The notes under the pieces are model-generated. The model was not told the origin of the DNA and made no database searches. It was given only the letters and a program-made list of their open reading frames with translations. Below are positions 16,691-23,155 of a stretch of DNA of 28,235 bases, in pieces. The stretch lies in IMG/VR virus record IMGVR_UViG_3300043410_000565, positions 1 to 28,235 of that record, one strand, 5' to 3'. Position numbers and translations under genes: made by a program. Position 1 is the first letter of the stretch, and every line of letters begins with the position of its first letter. The DNA is from a virus. Taxonomy: Duplodnaviria; Heunggongvirae; Uroviricota; Caudoviricetes.

Positions 16691-16917
16691 ATTTTATACA
16701 CATGACACTTCAATGTCAGCAAGAGAAAGACACTAAATTCGAGTAGATGGCCATCGAAAGATTTAGTAGAGCACAGTCGGCGTGATTCCGTGCAAAACTA
16801 AGAATCTGTGGTTGAGTATCCCAAGTGACGTACCGAGTCCGTGCAGCTGCTTTAACGATGCGGTGAATGGTATCAATAACGATGGTGATACATTTGAGGT
16901 TGTCAGTTGTATAAAAT
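16691..16917 (+). ncRNA. unknown ~225-nt structured RNA
   Basis: Long interrupted terminal stem ATTTTATACA..TGACA.CTTCAATGT / ACATTTGAGG.TGTCA..TGTATAAAAT; internal hairpins; no plausible ORF. Confidence 0.55.
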
Positions 16918-16973
16918 TTAATGGAAGCGGATTAGAAATCTGCTTTTTACTAAATAAGTAAAAAGGAGATAAT

Positions 16974-17414
16974 ATGAAGCAACAGAAAAACAAATTTACG
17001 GATCAAGAAGTAATTGATGCGTATAATGAAGAAAAACATTTAGGTAAACTCGCAGTAAAATTCAAAGTTCCCCATATTCAAATGTGGAGAGTTTGTAAGA
17101 AACTAGGGTTGAGTTTTGGTAATGGTGGTGGAGCAAAAACTAAAATACCTCTTGAAGAGATTTTAGCAGGTGACCATCCTTATTATCAAACTCTAAAACT
17201 TAAAAGAAGATTGATCAAAGAAGGTATCTTAGAGAATAAATGTTCTTGTTGTGGTATAACTGAATGGCAAGGTAGAGAAATCGTGCAACAATTAGACCAT
17301 ATTAATGGAGATTCTTCTGATCATAGAAAAGATAATTTAAGATTACTATGTCCAAACTGTCATTCTCAGACTGACACTTGGTGTGGTAAACAAAATGGAT
17401 GCTTAGTCCCGTAA
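16974..17414 (+). CDS. HNH endonuclease (free-standing, homing type)
   Basis: CSCC...LDHINGDSSDHRKDNLRLLCPNCH; AT-rich; AGGAG SD. Confidence 0.9.
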   Translation: MKQQKNKFTDQEVIDAYNEEKHLGKLAVKFKVPHIQMWRVCKKLGLSFGNGGGAKTKIPLEEILAGDHPYYQTLKLKRRLIKEGILENKCSCCGITEWQGREIVQQLDHINGDSSDHRKDNLRLLCPNCHSQTDTWCGKQNGCLVP

Positions 17415-17483
17415 TGGTATCGGGGGTAGACTGTAAATCTATTGGCTCAGCCCTTCTCTGTTCGAATCGGAGAGCATCCACCA
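17397..17483 (+). tRNA. tRNA-Tyr(GTA)
   Basis: TAGA-CT GTA AA-TCTA; variable arm; CCA. Confidence 0.88.
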
Positions 17484-17489
17484 AAATTT

Positions 17490-17564
17490 GGTCTCAAAGT
17501 GTTCATGGACGCACGCATGCCTGTCACGCATGAAGAAGGGGATCGTTACCCCTTGGGACCGCCA
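17490..17564 (+). tRNA. tRNA-Asp(GTC)
   Basis: CATGC-CT GTC AC-GCATG; G73; CCA. Confidence 0.88.
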
Positions 17565-17568
17565 AATT

Positions 17569-17635
17569 TAGGATCCTTACCGCAAAACTAAAACATTTCA
17601 CTTTATGGCTGTGAAAAGCAAAGCGGATCCTGTTG
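17569..17635 (+). ncRNA. Y-RNA-like element 6 (minimal)
   Basis: Stem AGGATCC/GGATCCT plus CCGCAA and GTTG; single hairpin TTTCAC/GTGAAA. Confidence 0.7.
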
Positions 17636-17652
17636 TTTAAAATGGAGAAATT

Positions 17653-18408
17653 ATGTTAGTTTATCTTGGTAAGCATAAGAATTGGTTTGGACCATATCAA
17701 CTTGCTGATGCCCTATGTTTCTGGGTCAAAGAAGTTGAAGATGAATATGGTATAAAAGCGAAACCACAATGGGTTCATCATTTCGGTGAATGGCTCGCTC
17801 ATGGTGACATTGAACCTGAACATAAGGTTGGTGAGGTTTACCGTTGGAATAAACAAGAACGACATAAGACTTTGCTCTATCGGTTCTTGCTTTGGATTGA
17901 TAAACTGAAGGACAAGTTTCCTCGAGAGATTATCAAGATTGATCGTTGGGATAGTTGGAACATTGATTCCACTCTGTCGCCAATTATCCTTCCTCTGTTG
18001 AAACAGTTGAAGGAAACAAAGCACGGTTCGGCTCAGGTTGATCTGGAAGATGTTCCAGAAGAGTTGCGTGCTGAAGGTCATAGCGATTTTAGTGATCAAA
18101 AAACATTTGACTTTTATCGTGAAAACAACGATAATATAGATTATGAAATGGTACACAAACGTTGGGACTGGGTTCTTAACGAAATGATCTTTGCCTTTGA
18201 TCACTTGGTTGATCGAACTTGGGAAGATAAGTATCATAGTGGTGAACATGACATTACTTGGACTAGACTCGAGAATGGATGTTCACAAATGGGACATGGA
18301 CCAAACGACACATACAAATGTGACTACGATGGTCTGAATGAAGAATGGAAAAGAGTAGATAATGGTCTTAGATTGTTTGGAAAGTATTTCCGAAATCTCT
18401 GGGACTAA
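17653..18408 (+). CDS. hypothetical protein (Trp-rich)
   Basis: 251 aa; GGAG SD; ends GLRLFGKYFRNLWD. Confidence 0.8.
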   Translation: MLVYLGKHKNWFGPYQLADALCFWVKEVEDEYGIKAKPQWVHHFGEWLAHGDIEPEHKVGEVYRWNKQERHKTLLYRFLLWIDKLKDKFPREIIKIDRWDSWNIDSTLSPIILPLLKQLKETKHGSAQVDLEDVPEELRAEGHSDFSDQKTFDFYRENNDNIDYEMVHKRWDWVLNEMIFAFDHLVDRTWEDKYHSGEHDITWTRLENGCSQMGHGPNDTYKCDYDGLNEEWKRVDNGLRLFGKYFRNLWD

Positions 18409-18417
18409 ATAGAAAAT

Positions 18418-18492
18418 GCCTCGTTAACTCAGCGGTAGAGTAACTCCCTTACAAGGAGAAGGTCGGCGGTTCAATCCCGTCACGAGGTACCA
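18418..18492 (+). tRNA. tRNA-Val(TAC)
   Basis: CTCC-CT TAC AA-GGAG; CCA. Confidence 0.92.
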
Positions 18493-18499
18493 GAATTAT

Positions 18500-18575
18500 A
18501 GCGGGTTAGAGAAACGGCATCTCATCAGTCTCATAAGCTGAAGACACCTGGTTCGACTCCAGGACTCCGCTTCCA
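18500..18575 (+). tRNA. tRNA-Met(CAT), initiator-like body with a bulged acceptor
   Basis: TCAG(T)-CT CAT AA-(G)CTGA; lacks the three G-C anticodon pairs; CCA. Confidence 0.75.
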
Positions 18576-18579
18576 AATT

Positions 18580-18647
18580 TAGAATCGGTTCAGCAAATAA
18601 AATGCATTCAACTTGTAATTGAAAAAAGCAAAAAAACGATTCTGTTG
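18580..18647 (+). ncRNA. Y-RNA-like element 7 (Thr TGT anticodon-like hairpin)
   Basis: Stem AGAATCG/CGATTCT plus CAGCAA and GTTG; TTCAA-CT TGT AA-TTGAA. Confidence 0.72.
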
Positions 18648-18664
18648 TATTAAAGGAATAAATT

Positions 18665-18856
18665 ATGGATATGGATCAGGCAGCGGTATTTTTCGCTGGT
18701 TCAGTTTTGACAGCACTTGGATTTTTGATCTGGGTTGGCTTTGTACTTTTGGTTAATAACCTTGTACACAAATACTGGAAGAGTTGGGGTTGGTCATGGA
18801 ATGTTATTAACCCTCAACCTGTTCGATTCATGAATGAAGAAGAATTGAAGAAATAA
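18665..18856 (+). CDS. small membrane protein
   Basis: One long hydrophobic helix; AAGGA SD. Confidence 0.7.
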   Translation: MDMDQAAVFFAGSVLTALGFLIWVGFVLLVNNLVHKYWKSWGWSWNVINPQPVRFMNEEELKK

Positions 18857-18857
18857 T

Positions 18858-18934
<77 letters not shown>

Positions 18935-18960
18935 AAATTCGTACTATATAGAAGTACAAT

Positions 18961-19037
18961 GCGGATGTGATGGAATTGGTATACGTGTTGGTCTTAGAAG
19001 CCAAATTTTGTGAGTTCGAGTCTCACCATCCGCACCA
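18961..19037 (+). tRNA. tRNA-Leu(TAG), short variable loop
   Basis: TTGGT-CT TAG AA-GCCAA; paralogous to Leu(CAA). Confidence 0.88.
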
Positions 19038-19060
19038 ATTAATTTTATGGAGATTCATTA

Positions 19061-19300
19061 ATGCGTAGAGATAAACGACGTAAGTCTTTTGGTTTGACTG
19101 TTATCGTTGAAGATGGTAAATTTGAAAAAGCAATGCGCTTGTTCAAGAAGAAGGTTGACGACTCTGGATTGTTGAAAGAGGTTCGTGACCGTGAAGCCTA
19201 TGTTAAACCGACTATCCGTCGCAAACTTGCCAAGAATGCTGCTCGTAAGCGTTGGGCAAAGTATCTTGAATCACAAACATTGCCCACAAAGCAATATTAA
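19061..19300 (+). CDS. rpsU: ribosomal protein bS21 homolog
   Basis: FEKAMRLFKKKV..SGLLKEVRDREAYVKPT.RRK..K.AARKR signature. Confidence 0.9.
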   Translation: MRRDKRRKSFGLTVIVEDGKFEKAMRLFKKKVDDSGLLKEVRDREAYVKPTIRRKLAKNAARKRWAKYLESQTLPTKQY

Positions 19301-19309
19301 AAAGATTAT

Positions 19310-19384
19310 TCCAGAGTAGCACAGCGGTAGTGCAGTTGACTGTTAATCAATTGGTCGTAGGTTCGATCCCTGCCTCTGGAGCCA
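19310..19384 (+). tRNA. tRNA-Asn(GTT)
   Basis: Canonical; CT GTT AA loop; CCA. Confidence 0.93.
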
Positions 19385-19397
19385 ATAAGGAGAGTAA

Positions 19398-20204
19398 ATG
19401 GCAGTAAAACAGGTTTGTCCTGATGTGGCATTCCCTTCATTTGATCATCTATTCAACCAGTTGAAAGGGTTGAAGTTGTCATTTGATCCAAACTGGCCAA
19501 GTTTACCAACGATGCCATCTCCGATGTTTCCGAACATTAAGATGCCTGAGTGGCAGACTACTAATCTAGCATTTAACATTTCTGTTAATCAAATGCTAAA
19601 GTGGTTTGAGATGATCTTTGCTAAACTGTCGTCATTCTTGGGTTCTGTATTTACTTTTCCAGATATTCCGCATATCAACCTGAAGTTACCAGACCTGTTT
19701 AATTTTAGCGGTGAGACTGATTGGGCTGCGATTTTCGCAAAGATTCCAAGTCTAAAATTACCGTCATTGCCAGATCCGTTGCTTCCAAATATGCATATGC
19801 CTGAGTTTGAGAGTTTAATTAAATTTCAGGCATTGATTTTAAATTACATGTCATCATTGATGGACTCGTTGATTGGGTTGTTACAATCAGTGATCAATAA
19901 ACTGAACATCAAACCTTTCTCATTAGGTTTGTCTATGCCTTCGTTTCCTGATCCATTGTTTCCTTTCGACTTTGAATCGTTAATGTTGAACATGCCTTCG
20001 CTACCGTCGTTGCCAGACCCATTGTTTGGTAACTTTAAAAACCCTTCAATGGAGTGGTTGGAAAGAGGTAAGAATTACTTCCTTCACTTACTTGGGTTGA
20101 TTGGTAAGACGATTGATGATTTTGTGGCATCTATTGCGAATTGGATTGGTGGTTGGACTCCACCATTGATTTGTTTTGGTGTACCTATAACAGTAGAAAC
20201 TTAA
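19398..20204 (+). CDS. Pro/Leu/Phe-rich repeat protein
   Basis: Three repeats of LPSLPDPL(F/L)PN..MPE(W/F); AGGAG SD. Confidence 0.75.
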   Translation: MAVKQVCPDVAFPSFDHLFNQLKGLKLSFDPNWPSLPTMPSPMFPNIKMPEWQTTNLAFNISVNQMLKWFEMIFAKLSSFLGSVFTFPDIPHINLKLPDLFNFSGETDWAAIFAKIPSLKLPSLPDPLLPNMHMPEFESLIKFQALILNYMSSLMDSLIGLLQSVINKLNIKPFSLGLSMPSFPDPLFPFDFESLMLNMPSLPSLPDPLFGNFKNPSMEWLERGKNYFLHLLGLIGKTIDDFVASIANWIGGWTPPLICFGVPITVET

Positions 20205-20215
20205 TTGAGGATATT

Positions 20216-20485
20216 ATGACATTTGAACCATTAGGCAAACGTGTTTACATTGCTGAAGTAAAAACAGAAAAGAAGACAGCATCGGGTATTATCCTAGAAG
20301 GTGCTAACTCTATTCGTGAAACTAAGTTTGCCGAAGTTTTGGCTGTTGGTTATGACGTTAAGAAAGTTCGTGTTGGTCAACGTATCGTTTTGGATTGGTC
20401 GAAGTGTTTCCCAGTCAAGGTTGGTGACGTTGAACGTGCAGTGATTGATGAGGATCATATCCTCGGTACATACTGCGACGAATAA
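20216..20485 (+). CDS. groES: GroES-like co-chaperonin
   Basis: FEPLGKRV, EKKTASGIIL, VLAVG and IDEDHILG motifs; true start ATG 20216. Confidence 0.85.
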   Translation: MTFEPLGKRVYIAEVKTEKKTASGIILEGANSIRETKFAEVLAVGYDVKKVRVGQRIVLDWSKCFPVKVGDVERAVIDEDHILGTYCDE

Positions 20486-20492
20486 AGGATTT

Positions 20493-20568
20493 GCCCTTTT
20501 AGCTCAGTTGGTAGAGCAGCACATTAGTAATGTGAAGGTCGCGTGTTCGAATCATGCAAGGGGCACCA
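20493..20568 (+). tRNA. tRNA-Thr(AGT)
   Basis: CACA-TT AGT AA-TGTG; GCC start; CCA. Confidence 0.9.
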
Positions 20569-20573
20569 AAATT

Positions 20574-21113
20574 ATGAAGCTAATTGATTTCATTCAAACA
20601 TTTGATGGCGTTCTATCGCCAGAAACATGTAAGTTGATCATTGATCAATTTGAAGCAAATAAAGAAATAACAGAGAAACATGATACAGACTTGTATAAGT
20701 TTGATCAATTGAATCTCAATAAGACTGAAGGTTTATCAGAACTTGCTCAGGTTGTTGCGAATAATCTAGTCTCAGTCTATGATGATTATTTTAAATCGTT
20801 GCAGTTGAGTGAATATGTTAGCATTGAATCGTTTGAAGACATTCGTATCAAGAAGTATGCAAAAGGCTCTGGCGCTGAATTCAAAACTCACGTTGATGTA
20901 GCTGATAAAGCATCTGCTTCTAGGTTTTGTATTGCTATCATCTATCTTAATGATAATGATGGTCTTACTACTTTCCCGACACTTGGTGTTGGTGTAAAAC
21001 CTAAAGCTGGTCGTGTTGTAGTATTTCCTCCAACGTGGATGTTTCCACATAATGGATTACCGCCAACTGACAACGATAAGTACATTATGATGACATGTTT
21101 GCATTATAAGTAG
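20574..21113 (+). CDS. 2OG-Fe(II) oxygenase (prolyl-4-hydroxylase-like)
   Basis: HVD, IIYLND, FPP.W.FPH and KYI motifs; start after the tRNA at ATG 20574; ends in TAG. Confidence 0.88.
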   Translation: MKLIDFIQTFDGVLSPETCKLIIDQFEANKEITEKHDTDLYKFDQLNLNKTEGLSELAQVVANNLVSVYDDYFKSLQLSEYVSIESFEDIRIKKYAKGSGAEFKTHVDVADKASASRFCIAIIYLNDNDGLTTFPTLGVGVKPKAGRVVVFPPTWMFPHNGLPPTDNDKYIMMTCLHYK

Positions 21114-21132
21114 GAGAAGGATATGGGTTCAG

Positions 21133-21348
21133 ATGGTAGCTAAAAATGATATCACTGGAGATGCAATCCAGTCTAAAGGAAATTCTAGGGCATATCAAGA
21201 GAATCTCGAAAAGATTTTCGGTGATAAGTCTGAAGAGAAAGAAAGAAAAGCCAGAGAAAAGGCTGAGTATTTTGCTCGGTTAAATGCCGAGTATGAGGAT
21301 AGAGTTACTCGTAACAACGAGGAAACTCAACAAGTAATGAGTCGCTAG
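21133..21348 (+). CDS. hypothetical protein; TAG stop inside tRNA-Trp
   Basis: KNDITGD.IQSK...Y.EN..KIFG motif. Confidence 0.7.
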   Translation: MVAKNDITGDAIQSKGNSRAYQENLEKIFGDKSEEKERKAREKAEYFARLNAEYEDRVTRNNEETQQVMSR

Positions 21349-21415
21349 TTCCAATTGGCAGAACGATGGTCTCCAAAACCATATGTTGGGGGTTCGAATC
21401 CCTCGCGGCTCGCCA
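21339..21415 (+). tRNA. tRNA-Trp(CCA)
   Basis: ATGGT-CT CCA AA-ACCAT; CCA. Confidence 0.9.
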
Positions 21416-21422
21416 AACAAAT

Positions 21423-21498
21423 GCGGGTATAGCTCAGCTGGTAGAGCACAACGTTGCCAACGTCGAGGTCGAGGGTTCGAATCCCTTTGCCCGCTCCA
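21423..21498 (+). tRNA. tRNA-Gly(GCC)
   Basis: TT GCC AA loop; U73; CCA. Confidence 0.93.
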
Positions 21499-21528
21499 AC
21501 TTTTTAATGAGGTAATAAAGGTGTAATC

Positions 21529-22011
21529 ATGAAAAAACTAAACATTGACGAAGTAAAAGCGTTCATTCAGGCACAAAGTCCAGAGACAAAGATCTACATC
21601 GGGGGTGATTCTGAACGATTCCTAATCGGCAATGATTGGTATGCGGATTACACACTTGCCGTTGTTGTTCATATTGACGGTAAACATGGTGCTAAGGTAT
21701 TCGGTGAAGTTCAAAGAGAACGTGACTGGGACCAAAAGAAAAACAGACCACGTATGCGTCTAATGAACGAAGTTTACAAAATCGCAGAATTGTACCAAAA
21801 GCTGCACGACGTATTAGAAGACAGAGATGTTCAAATTCACTTGGACATTAACCCTGATGAAAAGTACGGTTCAAGCTGCGTGGTGCAAGAAGCTGTGGGT
21901 TATATCCGTGGTATGTGTAACGTGATCCCAATGGTTAAGCCAAAGGCATTCGCTGCATCTTACTGCGCTGATAGATTGAAACATATCATGAGCCATCAGA
22001 AGGCTGCGTGA
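21529..22011 (+). CDS. RNase H-like YkuK (DUF458) family protein
   Basis: IYIGGDS, RLMNEV, IHLDIN and KP.AFAASYCAD motifs. Confidence 0.8.
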   Translation: MKKLNIDEVKAFIQAQSPETKIYIGGDSERFLIGNDWYADYTLAVVVHIDGKHGAKVFGEVQRERDWDQKKNRPRMRLMNEVYKIAELYQKLHDVLEDRDVQIHLDINPDEKYGSSCVVQEAVGYIRGMCNVIPMVKPKAFAASYCADRLKHIMSHQKAA

Positions 22012-22028
22012 TTGACTATATAATATAT

Positions 22029-22104
22029 GCTTCTATGGCAGAGTGGCTTATGCGACCGTCTCTAAAACGGGTGAAGGTGGGTTCAAATCCCACTAGGAGC
22101 ACCA
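22029..22104 (+). tRNA. amber suppressor tRNA (anticodon CTA)
   Basis: Full cloverleaf: GCTTCTA/TAGGAGC acceptor, CCGT-CT CTA AA-ACGG, GTGGG-TTCAAAT-CCCAC, A73, CCA. Confidence 0.88.
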
Positions 22105-22124
22105 AACTTTTGAAAGGATATGCA

Positions 22125-22160
22125 ATGGAGAAATTCTCAGCATAGATTCGACCACCGTAA
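22125..22160 (+). promoter_or_regulatory. amber-containing regulatory uORF MEKFSA(TAG)IRPP*
   Basis: GAAAGGA SD; ATG GAG AAA TTC TCA GCA TAG ATT CGA CCA CCG TAA. Confidence 0.6.
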
Positions 22161-22207
22161 GGTTCTTTTGTTTTATATTATGTCTATCAAATTTTAACAA
22201 AGGAATC
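22161..22207 (+). promoter_or_regulatory. SD-sequestering hairpin
   Basis: GGTTCTTTTGTT (22161-22172) pairs with AACAAAGGAATC (22196-22207), 12 bp including 2 G:U. Confidence 0.6.
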
Positions 22208-22211
22208 TATT

Positions 22212-22589
22212 ATGTGTATCGAACTAAAAATTAAATCTAAACATCTTGCTCTTGAGCCTTCTATTATTCGTTGTGAAGAAAGAAAACTCAAGAAGCGTAT
22301 GAAACATAACCGTGATGGCGAAACATCGTATTGGGAACTTGCTAGACAGCGAGATAACCTAATCCTTCATCGTCGTTGGAATGTGAGAAATGAATCTCGT
22401 GCCACTGAGTTGGCTCGTGCATATCTCGCTGGAAAACCTTATTCTCACGTTGAAAAGAAGCGTAAGGATGAGACAATGTTTCAGATGATGATCGTTCCTC
22501 GTATTGTTGCGATGGTTACCAAATATGGGACCAAAGAACAACGATCCGTTGATCGAAAAATTATTCAAGAATGGTCAAAAATCGCTTGA
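22212..22589 (+). CDS. basic hypothetical protein
   Basis: LKIK.K.LA.E..IIR.EE...HR...VR.ESRA..LA.AYL.G.PY..VE; AAGGA SD. Confidence 0.8.
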   Translation: MCIELKIKSKHLALEPSIIRCEERKLKKRMKHNRDGETSYWELARQRDNLILHRRWNVRNESRATELARAYLAGKPYSHVEKKRKDETMFQMMIVPRIVAMVTKYGTKEQRSVDRKIIQEWSKIA

Positions 22590-22614
22590 CTTTAATTCAG
22601 GAATAAGGTATAAT
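22586..22614 (+). promoter_or_regulatory. promoter for ncRNA element 8
   Basis: AAATCGC-TTGACT-17 nt-TATAAT. Confidence 0.8.
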
Positions 22615-22626
22615 TAATGTATGAAT

Positions 22627-22905
22627 TGGGATGAATACAGCATAGTAAACTACTATGACTAAAGAGTAGCCCACGCACAGGAGGAAACATCGTAAGGTGT
22701 CAATTTTGTGGGCTAGGTTGGAAAGACTATTGCATGCTCTTATGCCTCGTGAACCCTAGTAGGATTCAGATAGTTACACCCGAATGTGTACCAAGTTGCC
22801 GTAACTTGTACGGATATGCCAGTGAACTGGATGATTCTCGTGGGGTTTGCCGAAAGGGACACGATGGTTTAAGTAACTAAAATGATCAACCCGATCATCC
22901 CGTTG
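22627..22905 (+). ncRNA. Y-RNA-like element 8 (long, ~280 nt)
   Basis: Stem GGGATGA/TCATCCC plus CAGCAT and GTTG; internal stems with GNRA loops; own promoter. Confidence 0.7.
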
Positions 22906-22917
22906 TTTAAATTTTAC

Positions 22918-22946
22918 TTGACTTTAATTCAGAAGTCAGGTATAAT
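22918..22946 (+). promoter_or_regulatory. promoter for element 9 and the TROVE-like gene
   Basis: TTGACT-17 nt-TATAAT. Confidence 0.8.
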
Positions 22947-22959
22947 TGATGTATTGAGT

Positions 22960-23115
22960 AAGGTTAGGTTCAGCAAACCTAAAACTAGGTGGCAAATCTC
23001 CTCGGAGACTGCTACCACTACGCTGGCACGTGGATCTTTGATCCACCCGAAAGGGTTTGTGCGCCAAGAGTTTCGATTTCTCTTGTAAATCAAAAAGTAG
23101 GAAACTAACCTGTTG
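22960..23115 (+). ncRNA. Y-RNA-like element 9 (5' of the TROVE-like gene)
   Basis: Stem AGGTTAG/CTAACCT plus CAGCAA and GTTG; several internal hairpins. Confidence 0.72.
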
Positions 23116-23155
23116 TTTGACTTAGGCTTCGTTGCCTGTAATTGGAGATGTAAAT

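Noticed and set aside
16691-17414. Group I intron or IscB/HEARO element around the HNH gene
   Set aside because: No interrupted host gene, no recognisable P7 core, and the protein is 146 aa with no RuvC or PLMP motifs.
12664-17484. ORF-track entries over RNA genes (12664, 13432, 13579, 15845, 16509, 16763, 17302)
   Set aside because: They overlap tRNAs or structured RNAs, lack SD sequences and show no protein motifs.
20141-20573. Long N-terminal extensions of GroES (20141) and the 2OG oxygenase (20445)
   Set aside because: They overlap the upstream gene or tRNA-Thr; better starts are 20216 and 20574.
22627-22905. tmRNA or RNase P RNA
   Set aside because: No GGGG 5' end, T arm with CCA 3' end or tag ORF, and no GAGGAAAGUCC core; only a partial GAGGAAA match.
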